Shown here: positions 42,762-52,290 of the stretch, piece by piece | Position numbering within the stretch: the stretch's first letter is position 1 | How the letters are laid out: the number at the start of each line of letters is the position of its first letter | IMG/VR virus record: IMGVR_UViG_3300030370_000147 | Location: 1-55,854 of that record | From: a virus | Taxonomy: Duplodnaviria; Caudoviricetes | Strand: one strand, 5' to 3' | DNA: 55,854 bases | Made by a program: the position numbers and the translations under genes | The notes under the pieces: generated by a model | The model's database searches: none | Told to the model about the DNA's origin: nothing | What the model saw: the letters and a program-made list of their open reading frames with translations, nothing else

Positions 42762-45207
42762 CTTTCTGTGTAAGTATTGTATCGAGATCAAGAGACATCA
42801 TTCCAGCCGAAGGATCTCCCTGCAACTCTTCCCTAGATCCCTGGCGCTGACTAATAAGTTTGCTTTGCTCTACCGCTTGCTTTTTTACCCGTTGATCCTT
42901 ACGATCATCTTTCTGCGTTTCAATATCCTTCCTATTGGCCACCTCACCCTGCTGGGTAGCAGACTGAATCTGCATCTTCATCTGCATAATCTCTTTCTCA
43001 AACTGATGCTTGATCTTAACGAGCTCAGCATCAGCCATGGCCTTAGCCTGAATAACCTGGACGTCAGCCTGAGTCTGAGTAGCAATCTCTTGTTGACGCC
43101 CCTGCATTTTGACGGCCTCTGTTTGCTGAGCTTGCTGAGCCTGAGCCTGCTGCATCTGCATCTGCTGATCCTGCATCTTCTTCATGCGCTTTTGACGGCG
43201 CAGAATCAAAAGGCGTTCTGCTTGATTGATGTCCTTTAGACCACGGATTGCCATGACATCCTCCAGGTCTATCTCTTTCTGATTTAAAGACATCTGGATG
43301 TTCTGTTCTAAGTAAGCCTTGTCTTTATCCTCCATGTCCTTCATGACCTTCACCCCAAAGTTGTACATCGGGAGATCAGAAAAGCTACCTAGAACCCGCA
43401 TATTCGAATCACCAATAGCATCTCGATAACTCTTGTGGATGATTGTTTCCTCAGGTAAAACCTGTAGACACTTCACTACGTCCTCGCAAACCTTACGGTA
43501 CAAAACCATAGCCGCGTTCGTAATATCATAAGTCGCATTATTACTCGCCGCAATAGCCTGCTGCTGCACACCCACCAACGTATCACCCTTAGGTGTTGAA
43601 GCGTCAGCCATCTCATTAATTCCAGTAGTGTCCCGAATCATTCTGAGGTAATGATTGTACAAGGCAATCAACTCATTAATGTTCCGAATACTATTGCCGA
43701 TCTCTCGAACAGGAGGATTTTGGAAACCGCCTTCTGGATTCTTACTCCTGTAATAGAAGACACCAGTTTGCTCATAGATGTCGTGGAGATCCAGCGGCTG
43801 AAGTTCACCACTCTTACCTAACTGAACGTTCTCTAACCCCTCAATGTCAATGATCAAACCATCAGGCTTAGCTTTAGCGATAGCCTGCTGCAGCTTCAAG
43901 TGAGTTAGCTGAAGCATATCAGAGAATCCAACACAGCTGTCCACCATGGACTTTGGCATATTGGCCACCATGTTCGTTGATACCACAGAGTAAGACATTG
44001 CAGCCCTGGTGATATCGTGCATGTTCTTAGGCGTGTTGTACTGCTTGCCATAGTTGATTAGGTGCTCAGTACCCAGGACATACATTCCTTTGTAGATACA
44101 CTCAATCTCCATGCTATGGGCAGTGCGGTCGTAGACACTCCCCTTCTTCTCTTTGTATGAGAAGCCCTCATAAAAGAAGTTGGTATTACCATACTGGTTC
44201 TCCTTCTCCTCGAAGTACATGCAGTCCACGGTCTTGAACTCAAACTCCAAAACCTCGACGACATGCCCGCTAAAATTCTCGCGCTGAACACCTCCACTTG
44301 AATAGGGATGATCTGGATATTTACTGGAGCTAGAACGACGGGACTTCTTCAGCAATTCCTTGAGGTCTTTTTCAGAAATCTGATCCCCTGCAAGACGCTT
44401 CAGTTCTGACACAGTGATCTCGCGGACGTGCCCCATATACCCAACGTCCTCAAAGTTTGGGTCCTGTGTATACCCATGGACAAAGTGAACAGGGTCTACG
44501 TAGTCCAGCTTAATACCGTAGTTAGGGTCATTGCTTCTCTTCACAACCGCCATTCCACAGGAGGTCAAGTCATTCACGCACCTGCGATAAGACCCATCAG
44601 TAAAGCCATTCCACTGCAGAGTTAGTTCAGTGGCTACCTGGGCTGCAATCTCAGCGTCCGTTTTGATGTTGGATTCTAAGAAAATCTCAGCCTCCTCTTG
44701 TGTTTCGGGGATCTGTTCGCTAGGCTCATCCAACACTGGGCTGCCCATCCTCTTCTCCAAATCCATGAACATAGGTCGCATAGCAACCTTGTTCTTCATT
44801 ATGTTCTTTTGCTCATTCTTCTCACTCGATGAGAGTGGATCGACAGCCTCCAGGTTCGGATACATATTCCGACCTAAGATTTTATTGACTACGATACGGA
44901 CGAACTTGGGTAGGATAGGAACAGGAGTGTAGTCCAGGTTCATCAAAGAACCCTCTCCGTTGTTCGGATCAGATGTATTCAGCAGCTGCTTATAAATAGC
45001 TGTGTCCTGTGTGCCGTTAGCGTAATCTCTGTTACGAGCAAAGATTGACTTACGACCTCCAAAGGTAGAACTGCTATCTTGCGTATTGCCCCATTGAGAC
45101 TCAATCGCCTTAGCATATTGCAACCCATACTTTTTCGTAAGCTTCTCCTCTTGCGATGCCAGTGGATCTGGAAAACCCCCTGGATCACTTGGCTTTTTAT
45201 TGTACAT
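42754..45207 (-). CDS. portal protein
   Basis: 817 aa after TerL; PVPILPKFVRIVVN, QLTHLKLQQ, IRDTTGINE, Gln-rich C-terminal coiled coil. Confidence 0.85.
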   Translation of the reverse strand: MYNKKPSDPGGFPDPLASQEEKLTKKYGLQYAKAIESQWGNTQDSSSTFGGRKSIFARNRDYANGTQDTAIYKQLLNTSDPNNGEGSLMNLDYTPVPILPKFVRIVVNKILGRNMYPNLEAVDPLSSSEKNEQKNIMKNKVAMRPMFMDLEKRMGSPVLDEPSEQIPETQEEAEIFLESNIKTDAEIAAQVATELTLQWNGFTDGSYRRCVNDLTSCGMAVVKRSNDPNYGIKLDYVDPVHFVHGYTQDPNFEDVGYMGHVREITVSELKRLAGDQISEKDLKELLKKSRRSSSSKYPDHPYSSGGVQRENFSGHVVEVLEFEFKTVDCMYFEEKENQYGNTNFFYEGFSYKEKKGSVYDRTAHSMEIECIYKGMYVLGTEHLINYGKQYNTPKNMHDITRAAMSYSVVSTNMVANMPKSMVDSCVGFSDMLQLTHLKLQQAIAKAKPDGLIIDIEGLENVQLGKSGELQPLDLHDIYEQTGVFYYRSKNPEGGFQNPPVREIGNSIRNINELIALYNHYLRMIRDTTGINEMADASTPKGDTLVGVQQQAIAASNNATYDITNAAMVLYRKVCEDVVKCLQVLPEETIIHKSYRDAIGDSNMRVLGSFSDLPMYNFGVKVMKDMEDKDKAYLEQNIQMSLNQKEIDLEDVMAIRGLKDINQAERLLILRRQKRMKKMQDQQMQMQQAQAQQAQQTEAVKMQGRQQEIATQTQADVQVIQAKAMADAELVKIKHQFEKEIMQMKMQIQSATQQGEVANRKDIETQKDDRKDQRVKKQAVEQSKLISQRQGSREELQGDPSAGMMSLDLDTILTQKDV

Positions 45208-45229
45208 GTGGGTTATCCGTTATCACCCA

Positions 45230-45237
45230 CAAATATA
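45230..45237 (-). promoter_or_regulatory. -7 promoter box TATATTTG for portal
   Basis: 22 nt upstream of ATG 45207. Confidence 0.6.
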
Positions 45238-45243
45238 ACTAAT

Positions 45244-47367
45244 TCAACCGCGCACGTCATAGCGCCTGAAAAAGCGCTTCTCGTCAAAGTTATCTTTCTT
45301 TTTTTTCTGCTTGACTTTCTGTGCTGCTAACAGCGCAAGACCCGAACTAATAGTTAAGTCAAACTTGGTCCTGTTGTGGATGTCATAGCCAATCCAATCC
45401 TCTAAGGTTTTGTTGAAGTACATACTCCCCATCTCACCACTCTCCCTATTGACCCCTACATATCCGTGGATATACGCTTCGATAGCCTGGGCGTGAGACT
45501 GTATTACATCCGCTGAGTTTGACGGGATGCCCTTGGTCTTCACCTTTATATTGGTATTGGGTGCGATCAAATGCTTAGGCCTGTCCATCAAGTAACCATC
45601 GTACCCACGCTGCTCAAAGTACCTGGCTATACCGTACTTGTTATTCTCGATTAAGATTGGATACCCATAAAACACTGCCGCCATTAATACGTCCTCATAA
45701 AATATTGCAGCCAGTGGCGGACGGGAAGCGTACTCAAGAACAAACATATTAGCAGGTACTTCCATATTGAACTTGTTGTACAAATGCAACGCACCCTTGG
45801 ATCCTCTGCCATCCACAGTAGCATCGAGATCGTAGCTATCCACCCCCCCACAACCAAGGTGAGCGTTAGGTGCGATTCTCTTATTTTTTTCATACACCTT
45901 TAAGTTCCTTAACTCCTTCGGAGGGAGCCATGCAATATTGAATCGACCATTGACATCGGGGGTAAAGACCACCTCACTATCCTTCTTGCCCCCCGTCCAG
46001 CTCAGGCTTCCAGTGATAACGGGATTCGGATATAGGTCGTCATTGTGTTCTATCTGCTCATAGATCTGACCGATATTAAAGAGACTCGACTCTATGCTGT
46101 CACGAAATGCCTCATCCGTGGTGAAGGGGAACTGTCTTATGACTTCGTTCAACTCACTGGGGTCATCACGCATACTATCCCTCTCATTCTTAAGGAAGGT
46201 CTTAGCGCCCATATGCACCCACTCCCCATCGATACCCTGAACATTTTCTTTAGGATCCTCTACAACAGGCCTACCATAAATATCGAAGAACCCCTCTAGT
46301 GACTCATAGGCAGGAATGAATAGCCGATACAGCCCCGACCTAGTCCTCCCATTCTTGTTCCTCTCCTGAGGCGCCGAATCGTCCCATAAATCTTTGTACT
46401 CCCTTCCTCCCTTTCCCATAGGATTTACCGTGCTTCCGACCATCGCCTTGCCGACGACCTTGCGACCGACGATTAAACAAGTCCTCTGAATCCTCCAGGC
46501 TTCTCTTATGTCTGTGGGTTTTTCCCATTTCCCCGCTTCGTCTAAGTACAGCAAGTGAACTTTCTCACCGTCATAAGCATTGTTAGTTGTGTTCTTCCAG
46601 TTGATCACCGTGTTCAAGGCGTCTCCAACCAAAGCAGTTTTGTTTTTCTTGGTGATCTTTTTTGAGGGCTCACGGAAAGCCAACTCCATACGAGGGTTGG
46701 TAGTGCCATCTTGAATCGGCTTGAAGAAGAATGGATACTTACGGAACATGTTGACCACCTTCTTCATGAAGATGTTCTCTTGAGCGTCCTTACCAGTCTT
46801 GCTCTGTATGCCTATGAGCTTATCCTTAACCTGGGTTGATTCATCAACTATGACAGAAGAACAAATGTTAGTGTATCCAGATCGGCGACATTTAGTATAT
46901 AGCTGACCAATACATCTTGGGTCCGCCTCACACGCTGCCAAATGTAAGAAAATATCTCTCTGGAAATCAAGATAGTAAGGGGAGCCAACGTCCAGCTGCC
47001 CCCACTGCAACATCATGTAGTGTCTACCCGTGATGTATGTAGCATCACCTCGGTTGTAAAACCAAACACCTTCACGCCTCCGCCGAAACTCCTCTTCGAT
47101 ATATGGACGAAACTTCTCCCTGAATTCCCTCGGCATCTCCGCCCACTCATCCATAGAACGTATACGCGATAGCTCTTCGGGTATATCAGATCTCCGCCAG
47201 AACTGATCAAGCACGGGAAGATTATGGAAGAGGATGCTCCTGATCTTAGGGGTCTTGGGAAGGACAATGACAAGCCCACCGACTTCGACGTGGTCCCCCA
47301 TCGTACCGTTGGGACAAATCGAGATAGCTGGATCCTCATGGTCCTTTAATTCAATTAATGTATCCAT
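45244..47367 (-). CDS. terL: terminase large subunit
   Basis: KCRRSGYT (Walker A-like), LYLDEAGKW (Walker B), GSTVN, GVDSYD nuclease motif, ENNK, FDLTISSG. Confidence 0.9.
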   Translation of the reverse strand: MDTLIELKDHEDPAISICPNGTMGDHVEVGGLVIVLPKTPKIRSILFHNLPVLDQFWRRSDIPEELSRIRSMDEWAEMPREFREKFRPYIEEEFRRRREGVWFYNRGDATYITGRHYMMLQWGQLDVGSPYYLDFQRDIFLHLAACEADPRCIGQLYTKCRRSGYTNICSSVIVDESTQVKDKLIGIQSKTGKDAQENIFMKKVVNMFRKYPFFFKPIQDGTTNPRMELAFREPSKKITKKNKTALVGDALNTVINWKNTTNNAYDGEKVHLLYLDEAGKWEKPTDIREAWRIQRTCLIVGRKVVGKAMVGSTVNPMGKGGREYKDLWDDSAPQERNKNGRTRSGLYRLFIPAYESLEGFFDIYGRPVVEDPKENVQGIDGEWVHMGAKTFLKNERDSMRDDPSELNEVIRQFPFTTDEAFRDSIESSLFNIGQIYEQIEHNDDLYPNPVITGSLSWTGGKKDSEVVFTPDVNGRFNIAWLPPKELRNLKVYEKNKRIAPNAHLGCGGVDSYDLDATVDGRGSKGALHLYNKFNMEVPANMFVLEYASRPPLAAIFYEDVLMAAVFYGYPILIENNKYGIARYFEQRGYDGYLMDRPKHLIAPNTNIKVKTKGIPSNSADVIQSHAQAIEAYIHGYVGVNRESGEMGSMYFNKTLEDWIGYDIHNRTKFDLTISSGLALLAAQKVKQKKKKDNFDEKRFFRRYDVRG

Positions 47368-47386
47368 GTACTTCTAGCGAAGATAC

Positions 47387-48121
47387 TTAATCGTAGAAGC
47401 CTTGAATCAGCATCTGTAGTCTTGGGAAACGCGGTATGATTTGATTGGACGGAAGGTACTCTGGGTAGATCCTACGATAGGACTCGTAGTTGTGCATGTC
47501 CAAGGTGCTCTTGACATCGATGCAATCTTCTTCATCAAACTCCACATACTCAATAATATCCTTGCCCCACTTGTCTGTCATCTTGTCCAGAACCTTGCCG
47601 TCAAAGTTAAACTGCTGATCTAAATCGTAGACAGTCAGTATGTTGACAGCGTTAGTGAAACTGTATGTCAAGAAGAACTGACCTGAACTTATTAGGTAGT
47701 GACTGTGAGGCCTGAAGTGACAAGTCTTAGGGGTATCCTTATCTCTATGTAAGATGATGCAATTGCGACTTCCAAAGGTTGCGACCTTATTCTCACTGAG
47801 TTTGTTCAGCGCCTTCTCCCAGTAGCCATCACTGTGAATGTTATTGCTACCCATCCAACAGATGTAGTCTTTGTTCTCTTGTGCCGCTAACATCCAAGCA
47901 TAAGTGAACTTTCCTGAGAGAGGATCGTTAGGATGCCTTTCATGCTTCAACCCCCTGTTTTTTGCAAACCTTTCAATAACAGAAGAGGAGCCTATAGTAA
48001 TCCCCACAGCGTCAATGCCGCGCTCTTTAAACATATCAATAACGTCAGCCATATGATCTATGGCCATTCGAGTTACAGCTGGTCTACGGTGGTACACCAT
48101 AAAGAAGCAAACGCTCCTCAT
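47387..48121 (-). CDS. GT-A fold glycosyltransferase-like protein
   Basis: FMVYHRRP, N.PLSGKF, DYICWMGSNN (DxD position), NFD, IDVKS..MH.Y. Confidence 0.6.
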   Translation of the reverse strand: MRSVCFFMVYHRRPAVTRMAIDHMADVIDMFKERGIDAVGITIGSSSVIERFAKNRGLKHERHPNDPLSGKFTYAWMLAAQENKDYICWMGSNNIHSDGYWEKALNKLSENKVATFGSRNCIILHRDKDTPKTCHFRPHSHYLISSGQFFLTYSFTNAVNILTVYDLDQQFNFDGKVLDKMTDKWGKDIIEYVEFDEEDCIDVKSTLDMHNYESYRRIYPEYLPSNQIIPRFPRLQMLIQGFYD

Positions 48122-48405
48122 GACTTACTCTGTGGACGGGTCAGATCTAAATCAACTACAATCGGCGTCTTGGGTCCTAAGTACCCTCCCAATGTATTGA
48201 ACTGTAAGTGCTCGACCGCAGTCTCATAGGTCATGGCGTCTCGATTCATGCACACGTCAACCATACTCTTCCAGTCGTAAACCGCCACTGGCTCTATGCC
48301 AACCGAGATCCCCACCAGGGCATCATCAAGTCCATCCCATGTAATGCACTCCTCCTCTTCCAAAGCGTCCATGAGTCTATCCCAGTTCTTTGCTTGCCAA
48401 GTCAT
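48118..48405 (-). CDS. conserved phage hypothetical protein
   Basis: DGLDDALVG...VYD...A.E...FNTLGGYLGPKTP. Confidence 0.7.
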   Translation of the reverse strand: MTWQAKNWDRLMDALEEEECITWDGLDDALVGISVGIEPVAVYDWKSMVDVCMNRDAMTYETAVEHLQFNTLGGYLGPKTPIVVDLDLTRPQSKS

Positions 48406-48692
48406 TTTGAAAATCTTTCTGCGAAACCACCAGAGTAATCTTTACCCTCTTTCATTGTTCCACCCAATGTAAGATCTTTCATCATCTGCTCCAGCCTTTG
48501 TCTTTCAACAAGCAGCTCTTTGCAATCAATCGCCGTCTGCTTAATAGACTGAAGCTCAGCCTTTCTAGCACTGCCATTAATCTCTTTATCGACAGGCTTT
48601 TTGATCTCTTCGATCATATTGTTGATAGCTACCTCCATTGAGGCCATCAGGCGCTGGGCCGCATCAATCGCTGTGAATTTCTTTCTCGACAT
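48402..48692 (-). CDS. putative terminase small subunit
   Basis: Start moved to ATG 48692; helical, ends GFAERFSK; upstream of TerL. Confidence 0.45.
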   Translation of the reverse strand: MSRKKFTAIDAAQRLMASMEVAINNMIEEIKKPVDKEINGSARKAELQSIKQTAIDCKELLVERQRLEQMMKDLTLGGTMKEGKDYSGGFAERFSK

Positions 48693-49263
48693 ACAATAAG
48701 TCAGATGTTCGTACACGGTACATAGTACCGCCTTCGAGGTTTTTAAAGTCGTATCGATACTTGCTAGGGAAGACAACCTTATCAAGCAGGTTTAGTCCCA
48801 TCTCCTCATGATCGCTAGTTACATATGTTAAGAGCCCCCTATCAGGATTCTCAGTCTCAAAGGACACAGACTCAATGACTGCAGATTCCTCCTGTATTTC
48901 TGCCGCACATGCAGATAGTACTGACCACATAGATAGCGGTATGATCTCATCAGAACCCTGAGGTGTGTAGGCAAACGCATGACAGTTGATCATCACATCT
49001 GGATCGTAAGAGACCAAGAACTCACCCTCTCGATCACCAAAGGGCATGCCTCCATCAACCACCACTAAGTGATGAAAAAAGAGCCTGTCCCCAACGTTTA
49101 CCGGAGTGTCATACTTCTCTGGCACAGAAATCACCTCACCATGGCAGACCCGATGATCGAACTCGTTGAACTTGGTGTCCACATATATCTCCTTGTCGCC
49201 AAGGGATACCGTGTCATGTAGCCGCTTCTCAAGCTTGACTACAAAATAGTGTAGCATTTTCAT
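48664..49263 (-). CDS. tandem GroES-like co-chaperonin
   Basis: GEVISVP...VNVGDRLFFHH, and a second unit IIPL...DKVVF.SKY...GGTMYRVRTSDLL. Confidence 0.7.
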   Translation of the reverse strand: MKMLHYFVVKLEKRLHDTVSLGDKEIYVDTKFNEFDHRVCHGEVISVPEKYDTPVNVGDRLFFHHLVVVDGGMPFGDREGEFLVSYDPDVMINCHAFAYTPQGSDEIIPLSMWSVLSACAAEIQEESAVIESVSFETENPDRGLLTYVTSDHEEMGLNLLDKVVFPSKYRYDFKNLEGGTMYRVRTSDLLYVEKEIHSD

Positions 49264-49499
49264 CAGAAGTTCAAGTCAAATTCCACTAGGCATGGCAGAC
49301 CATCGACCGCCTTCCACAAGGACTGTGCGTCCCCCACAGTGATATAGATCATATACCTGCTGACACCGTAATGATGTAGGTGCGCTTCATCCAGGATAAT
49401 AGTGGAGACACTCCCGTCACCAACCCGCATGCCTACATAGTACGCCATCGCGTCCTTCGGGTTCGGACCGATTATGATTTTTCTAATTATTCCATTCAT
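49263..49499 (-). CDS. conserved hypothetical protein
   Basis: IRKIIIG.NPKDAMAYYVG; TGATG coupled at both ends. Confidence 0.7.
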   Translation of the reverse strand: MNGIIRKIIIGPNPKDAMAYYVGMRVGDGSVSTIILDEAHLHHYGVSRYMIYITVGDAQSLWKAVDGLPCLVEFDLNF

Positions 49500-49846
49500 C
49501 AATTACAAGATGGGTCAGGACCCCCTCTCGCATTCATCTCATCGATAATTTCTTTGTACCAGTTTTCACTAGCGAAATCAACATCCTCCTCTAGTGGGAA
49601 TAAGTCATCGAAGTAAGAGAACTTCAGGAAATCAAAAACCTCATCCATAAGATCCTCTGAATCAACGTCCATAGAGAATACCGCCTTGAGGATAGGCTCA
49701 TCAAACTCATCGCTTGACAAGAATCCCGTGAGCATAACATTAATGACCTCACCCTCTAAGCCATACTTCTTGACCAGCATGTCCACTATCTTGTGGACCT
49801 TCTGCATTTCGACAAGAAACATTTCCTTATTAGTTTGATCATCCAT
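49499..49846 (-). CDS. acidic hypothetical protein
   Basis: Start moved to ATG 49846 (MDDQTNKEMF); TATCTTTG box at 49893-49900 on the - strand. Confidence 0.65.
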   Translation of the reverse strand: MDDQTNKEMFLVEMQKVHKIVDMLVKKYGLEGEVINVMLTGFLSSDEFDEPILKAVFSMDVDSEDLMDEVFDFLKFSYFDDLFPLEEDVDFASENWYKEIIDEMNARGGPDPSCN

Positions 49847-50252
49847 GTCAGTATCAAATAAAAAGATCTTTAGGGAACACTCCCGATTAAAACAAAGATA
49901 CGTAAACAAAAACGACCTTAAAGACTTGAGAGCCAGGCTACTATCTTTTGAACAGAAGTACGATCTCTATCAAAAAGAAATGTTTTTTATTCTATGGGCA
50001 TATGACCTGGAGTTCTGGACCCTTAGGTACGCAAGCCAAGAGTATGGGTACGACGAAAAAAAACTAGGAGATAGGATTGTATACCCCCTCCAAAAAGAAG
50101 GGTACATCCGAAAGCAGTTTGACAAGCTAACACCCTCACAGAAACGGGAAGACCACCTGTTTAGAGAAGAGACTAAGTACAACTACAGGGTCAGGTACGC
50201 CCTCACTCAGAAGGCTAGGCTAATGGTGCAGAGGTTCTACAACAGCCTTTAG
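49845..50252 (+). CDS. winged-helix (MarR-like) transcription regulator candidate
   Basis: PLQKEGYI...RVRYALTQKAR pattern; only sizeable credible + strand gene in the late arm. Confidence 0.6.
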   Translation: MSVSNKKIFREHSRLKQRYVNKNDLKDLRARLLSFEQKYDLYQKEMFFILWAYDLEFWTLRYASQEYGYDEKKLGDRIVYPLQKEGYIRKQFDKLTPSQKREDHLFREETKYNYRVRYALTQKARLMVQRFYNSL

Positions 50253-50827
50253 GCAGCGATGTACTCGAACTTAATCTTCTTGATGTACATGACGTCACCG
50301 CTTACAGGCTCGTTGGCAGTAGGATCTTCAAACTCGAACTTGATGTAGTCATCATCACCACTAGGGTCAGATGCTTCAGTCGCAAGAATTCGGTCATATA
50401 CCAGCGTTGCTATAGTGTTTTTCGCTGGCCCCGTAGTTGCCCTATTCTGTGCTCCAATCCAAATTCTAGCTCTGCTTACAGTCCCTGTATCAGTGTTGTC
50501 ACTGGGGAAACCGTATTCTAGGGTAAGCTGGAATGTACCACCTTCCGCTGCTACTGCATAGTAATCGTCCAAGTTGCCATCTAAAGCACCCTTGTCGAGA
50601 TGAAAAATTCCATCGGATCCTGTAGCAGTAGAGGTGACCTTGAGAAAATTACTAGAGCCAGCAAAGGTGTCAGTTGACAGCGCTATAGAGCAATTGCCAC
50701 CCGTCACAGAAAAATTAAAAGCGTCGAACAGGGTGAAATTCCCGTCCTTTTCATACAACACTTTAGACGGAAGGGGTTGCGACTTTATGTAGCCTCCCGT
50801 ACTTACACCAAGGCCGAGACCCAGCAT
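50249..50827 (-). CDS. virion protein with carbohydrate-binding-like beta sandwich
   Basis: MLGLGLG N-terminus common in marine phage structural proteins; ends GDVMYIKKIKF. Confidence 0.55.
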   Translation of the reverse strand: MLGLGLGVSTGGYIKSQPLPSKVLYEKDGNFTLFDAFNFSVTGGNCSIALSTDTFAGSSNFLKVTSTATGSDGIFHLDKGALDGNLDDYYAVAAEGGTFQLTLEYGFPSDNTDTGTVSRARIWIGAQNRATTGPAKNTIATLVYDRILATEASDPSGDDDYIKFEFEDPTANEPVSGDVMYIKKIKFEYIAA

Positions 50828-50991
50828 TACTTCTTCTTGATCCGATCAGTAAAGATCATGTTTACCAGTGCATCGACGTAACCAAATACCTGGTTGTCCT
50901 TCTCCGTTGGAGTAATGTTGACAATGATCTTGATGAATACCATCAATCCAATGACCAGCTCTCCAAGGTTTTCAATAATAAAATCCCACAT
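50827..50991 (-). CDS. 54-aa membrane protein (holin-like; absent from ORF track)
   Basis: MWDFIIENLGELVIGLMVFIKIIVNITPTEKDNQVFG...; TAATG coupled; next to DUF5675 gene. Confidence 0.7.
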   Translation of the reverse strand: MWDFIIENLGELVIGLMVFIKIIVNITPTEKDNQVFGYVDALVNMIFTDRIKKK

Positions 50992-50998
50992 GTCGTAC

Positions 50999-51493
50999 TT
51001 ATTTAGGTGTATCGAAATCGGTGTACAAGATAGTAACTAGTTCCTTTCTCTCCAGAGCAGCAGCGATGTAAGGATATACGCGGAAATAAGCGCGAGTACT
51101 GTGCCCCACCCAACCATTCTTCTTTACTTGATTGTTCTCTTGTGTATCACCCAACAACAAACATCCAGAAGTATGCTCATCAGTATTACCGCAATGAATG
51201 AGAATATATTCAAAGCCAGGAACATCACGAACCCACAGCATTCCTTTATGAATCGTAGGAAATCGAGAGTCATACTTTTTGTGGAACCCACCAACCCTCC
51301 GAAAAGAAAGTTTATATTCTCCCGCTGGGATGCGTGTCTCACCAGCCACCTTCTCATCACGATGCTCGTCTTCTAGGGTATAGCATAGAAACTTTCTCGT
51401 TCCGCTGGAGATGTCGAATAGCGCACCGTTTGTCGAGTCCCACTCCGAGCTGAACCTTACGACCTCCAGCTGCATCCTTTTTAAGTTGCTCAT
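50999..51493 (-). CDS. DUF5675 family protein, putative endolysin (L,D-transpeptidase-like)
   Basis: CYTLED, TRIPAGEY, VPGFEYILIHCGN...HTSGCLLLG. Confidence 0.8.
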   Translation of the reverse strand: MSNLKRMQLEVVRFSSEWDSTNGALFDISSGTRKFLCYTLEDEHRDEKVAGETRIPAGEYKLSFRRVGGFHKKYDSRFPTIHKGMLWVRDVPGFEYILIHCGNTDEHTSGCLLLGDTQENNQVKKNGWVGHSTRAYFRVYPYIAAALERKELVTILYTDFDTPK

Positions 51494-51532
51494 ACCTCTT
51501 TAGTCTAGGGTTGTGATAAAACTTGTTGGGCA

Positions 51533-51808
51533 TTAGCAGTTAGGCTTCAGGCAAGACTCCGATGTATTCCTTCCCTTTGATCGATTCCTGCGCTTACTAA
51601 CCTTCTGCTTTAGCCTAAGCATAAGAGAGTTTCGATTTACAGTATTAGGCTTAGGCTTTTTCTCTTCTTCTTTCTCTAGAACTCCCTCTCCTTGCATCTG
51701 AGCAGAAGGCAGAAACCTGGGGTTTTGAGGCGCTACGTTCTTGCGCTTCTTCTTTTTACTCGGTTTCTTCAGGATACCCCCGTCGTTATACTTCTTCTTG
51801 CACTTCAT
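51533..51808 (-). CDS. very basic small protein
   Basis: KKYNDGG N-terminus, Lys/Arg-rich. Confidence 0.6.
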   Translation of the reverse strand: MKCKKKYNDGGILKKPSKKKKRKNVAPQNPRFLPSAQMQGEGVLEKEEEKKPKPNTVNRNSLMLRLKQKVSKRRNRSKGRNTSESCLKPNC

Positions 51809-52290
51809 TAGAGGAAAGGAGCAAACCTACCATTCGCCATACTTTGTGAGGCAAAGGCAGCAACTAGAGCCTGTAAGACCCTATTAGTCATAGCCTTCTG
51901 GTTCTGCACGGCCTGCTCATCCTCAAGACTAACACCCATACCAGGACGCGTCATCACACGCTCCCCATCGACCTGCTCGATGCCAGGAACACCGCCGACC
52001 TCTGTCCCCATAATACGTGGGGGATCGTACACAGCCTCTCGCGCCCCAAGGTCATCATTCTGCTCCCGGACTAGCTTACGTTCCAAAGCCTCCACTTGAT
52101 TGTTATAGCGCATATAAGGATTCTGCTTCAACACATTCCTAGCAAACCGCTGCTTGAAGGGATTGAAGTACTCACTCTCTGGATTGTACGCGCTGTTGGG
52201 GCGTTCATTGTACCTCTCCATGCGACCACGACGAGTCTTCTTTCCGTCTTCGGCGGTGTAATACCCGCCACCTTTGTATTTCGACCTCAT
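51808..52290 (-). CDS. hypothetical virion-associated protein
   Basis: Start moved to ATG 52290 (MRSKYKGGG; ATGA coupling). Confidence 0.65.
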   Translation of the reverse strand: MRSKYKGGGYYTAEDGKKTRRGRMERYNERPNSAYNPESEYFNPFKQRFARNVLKQNPYMRYNNQVEALERKLVREQNDDLGAREAVYDPPRIMGTEVGGVPGIEQVDGERVMTRPGMGVSLEDEQAVQNQKAMTNRVLQALVAAFASQSMANGRFAPFL

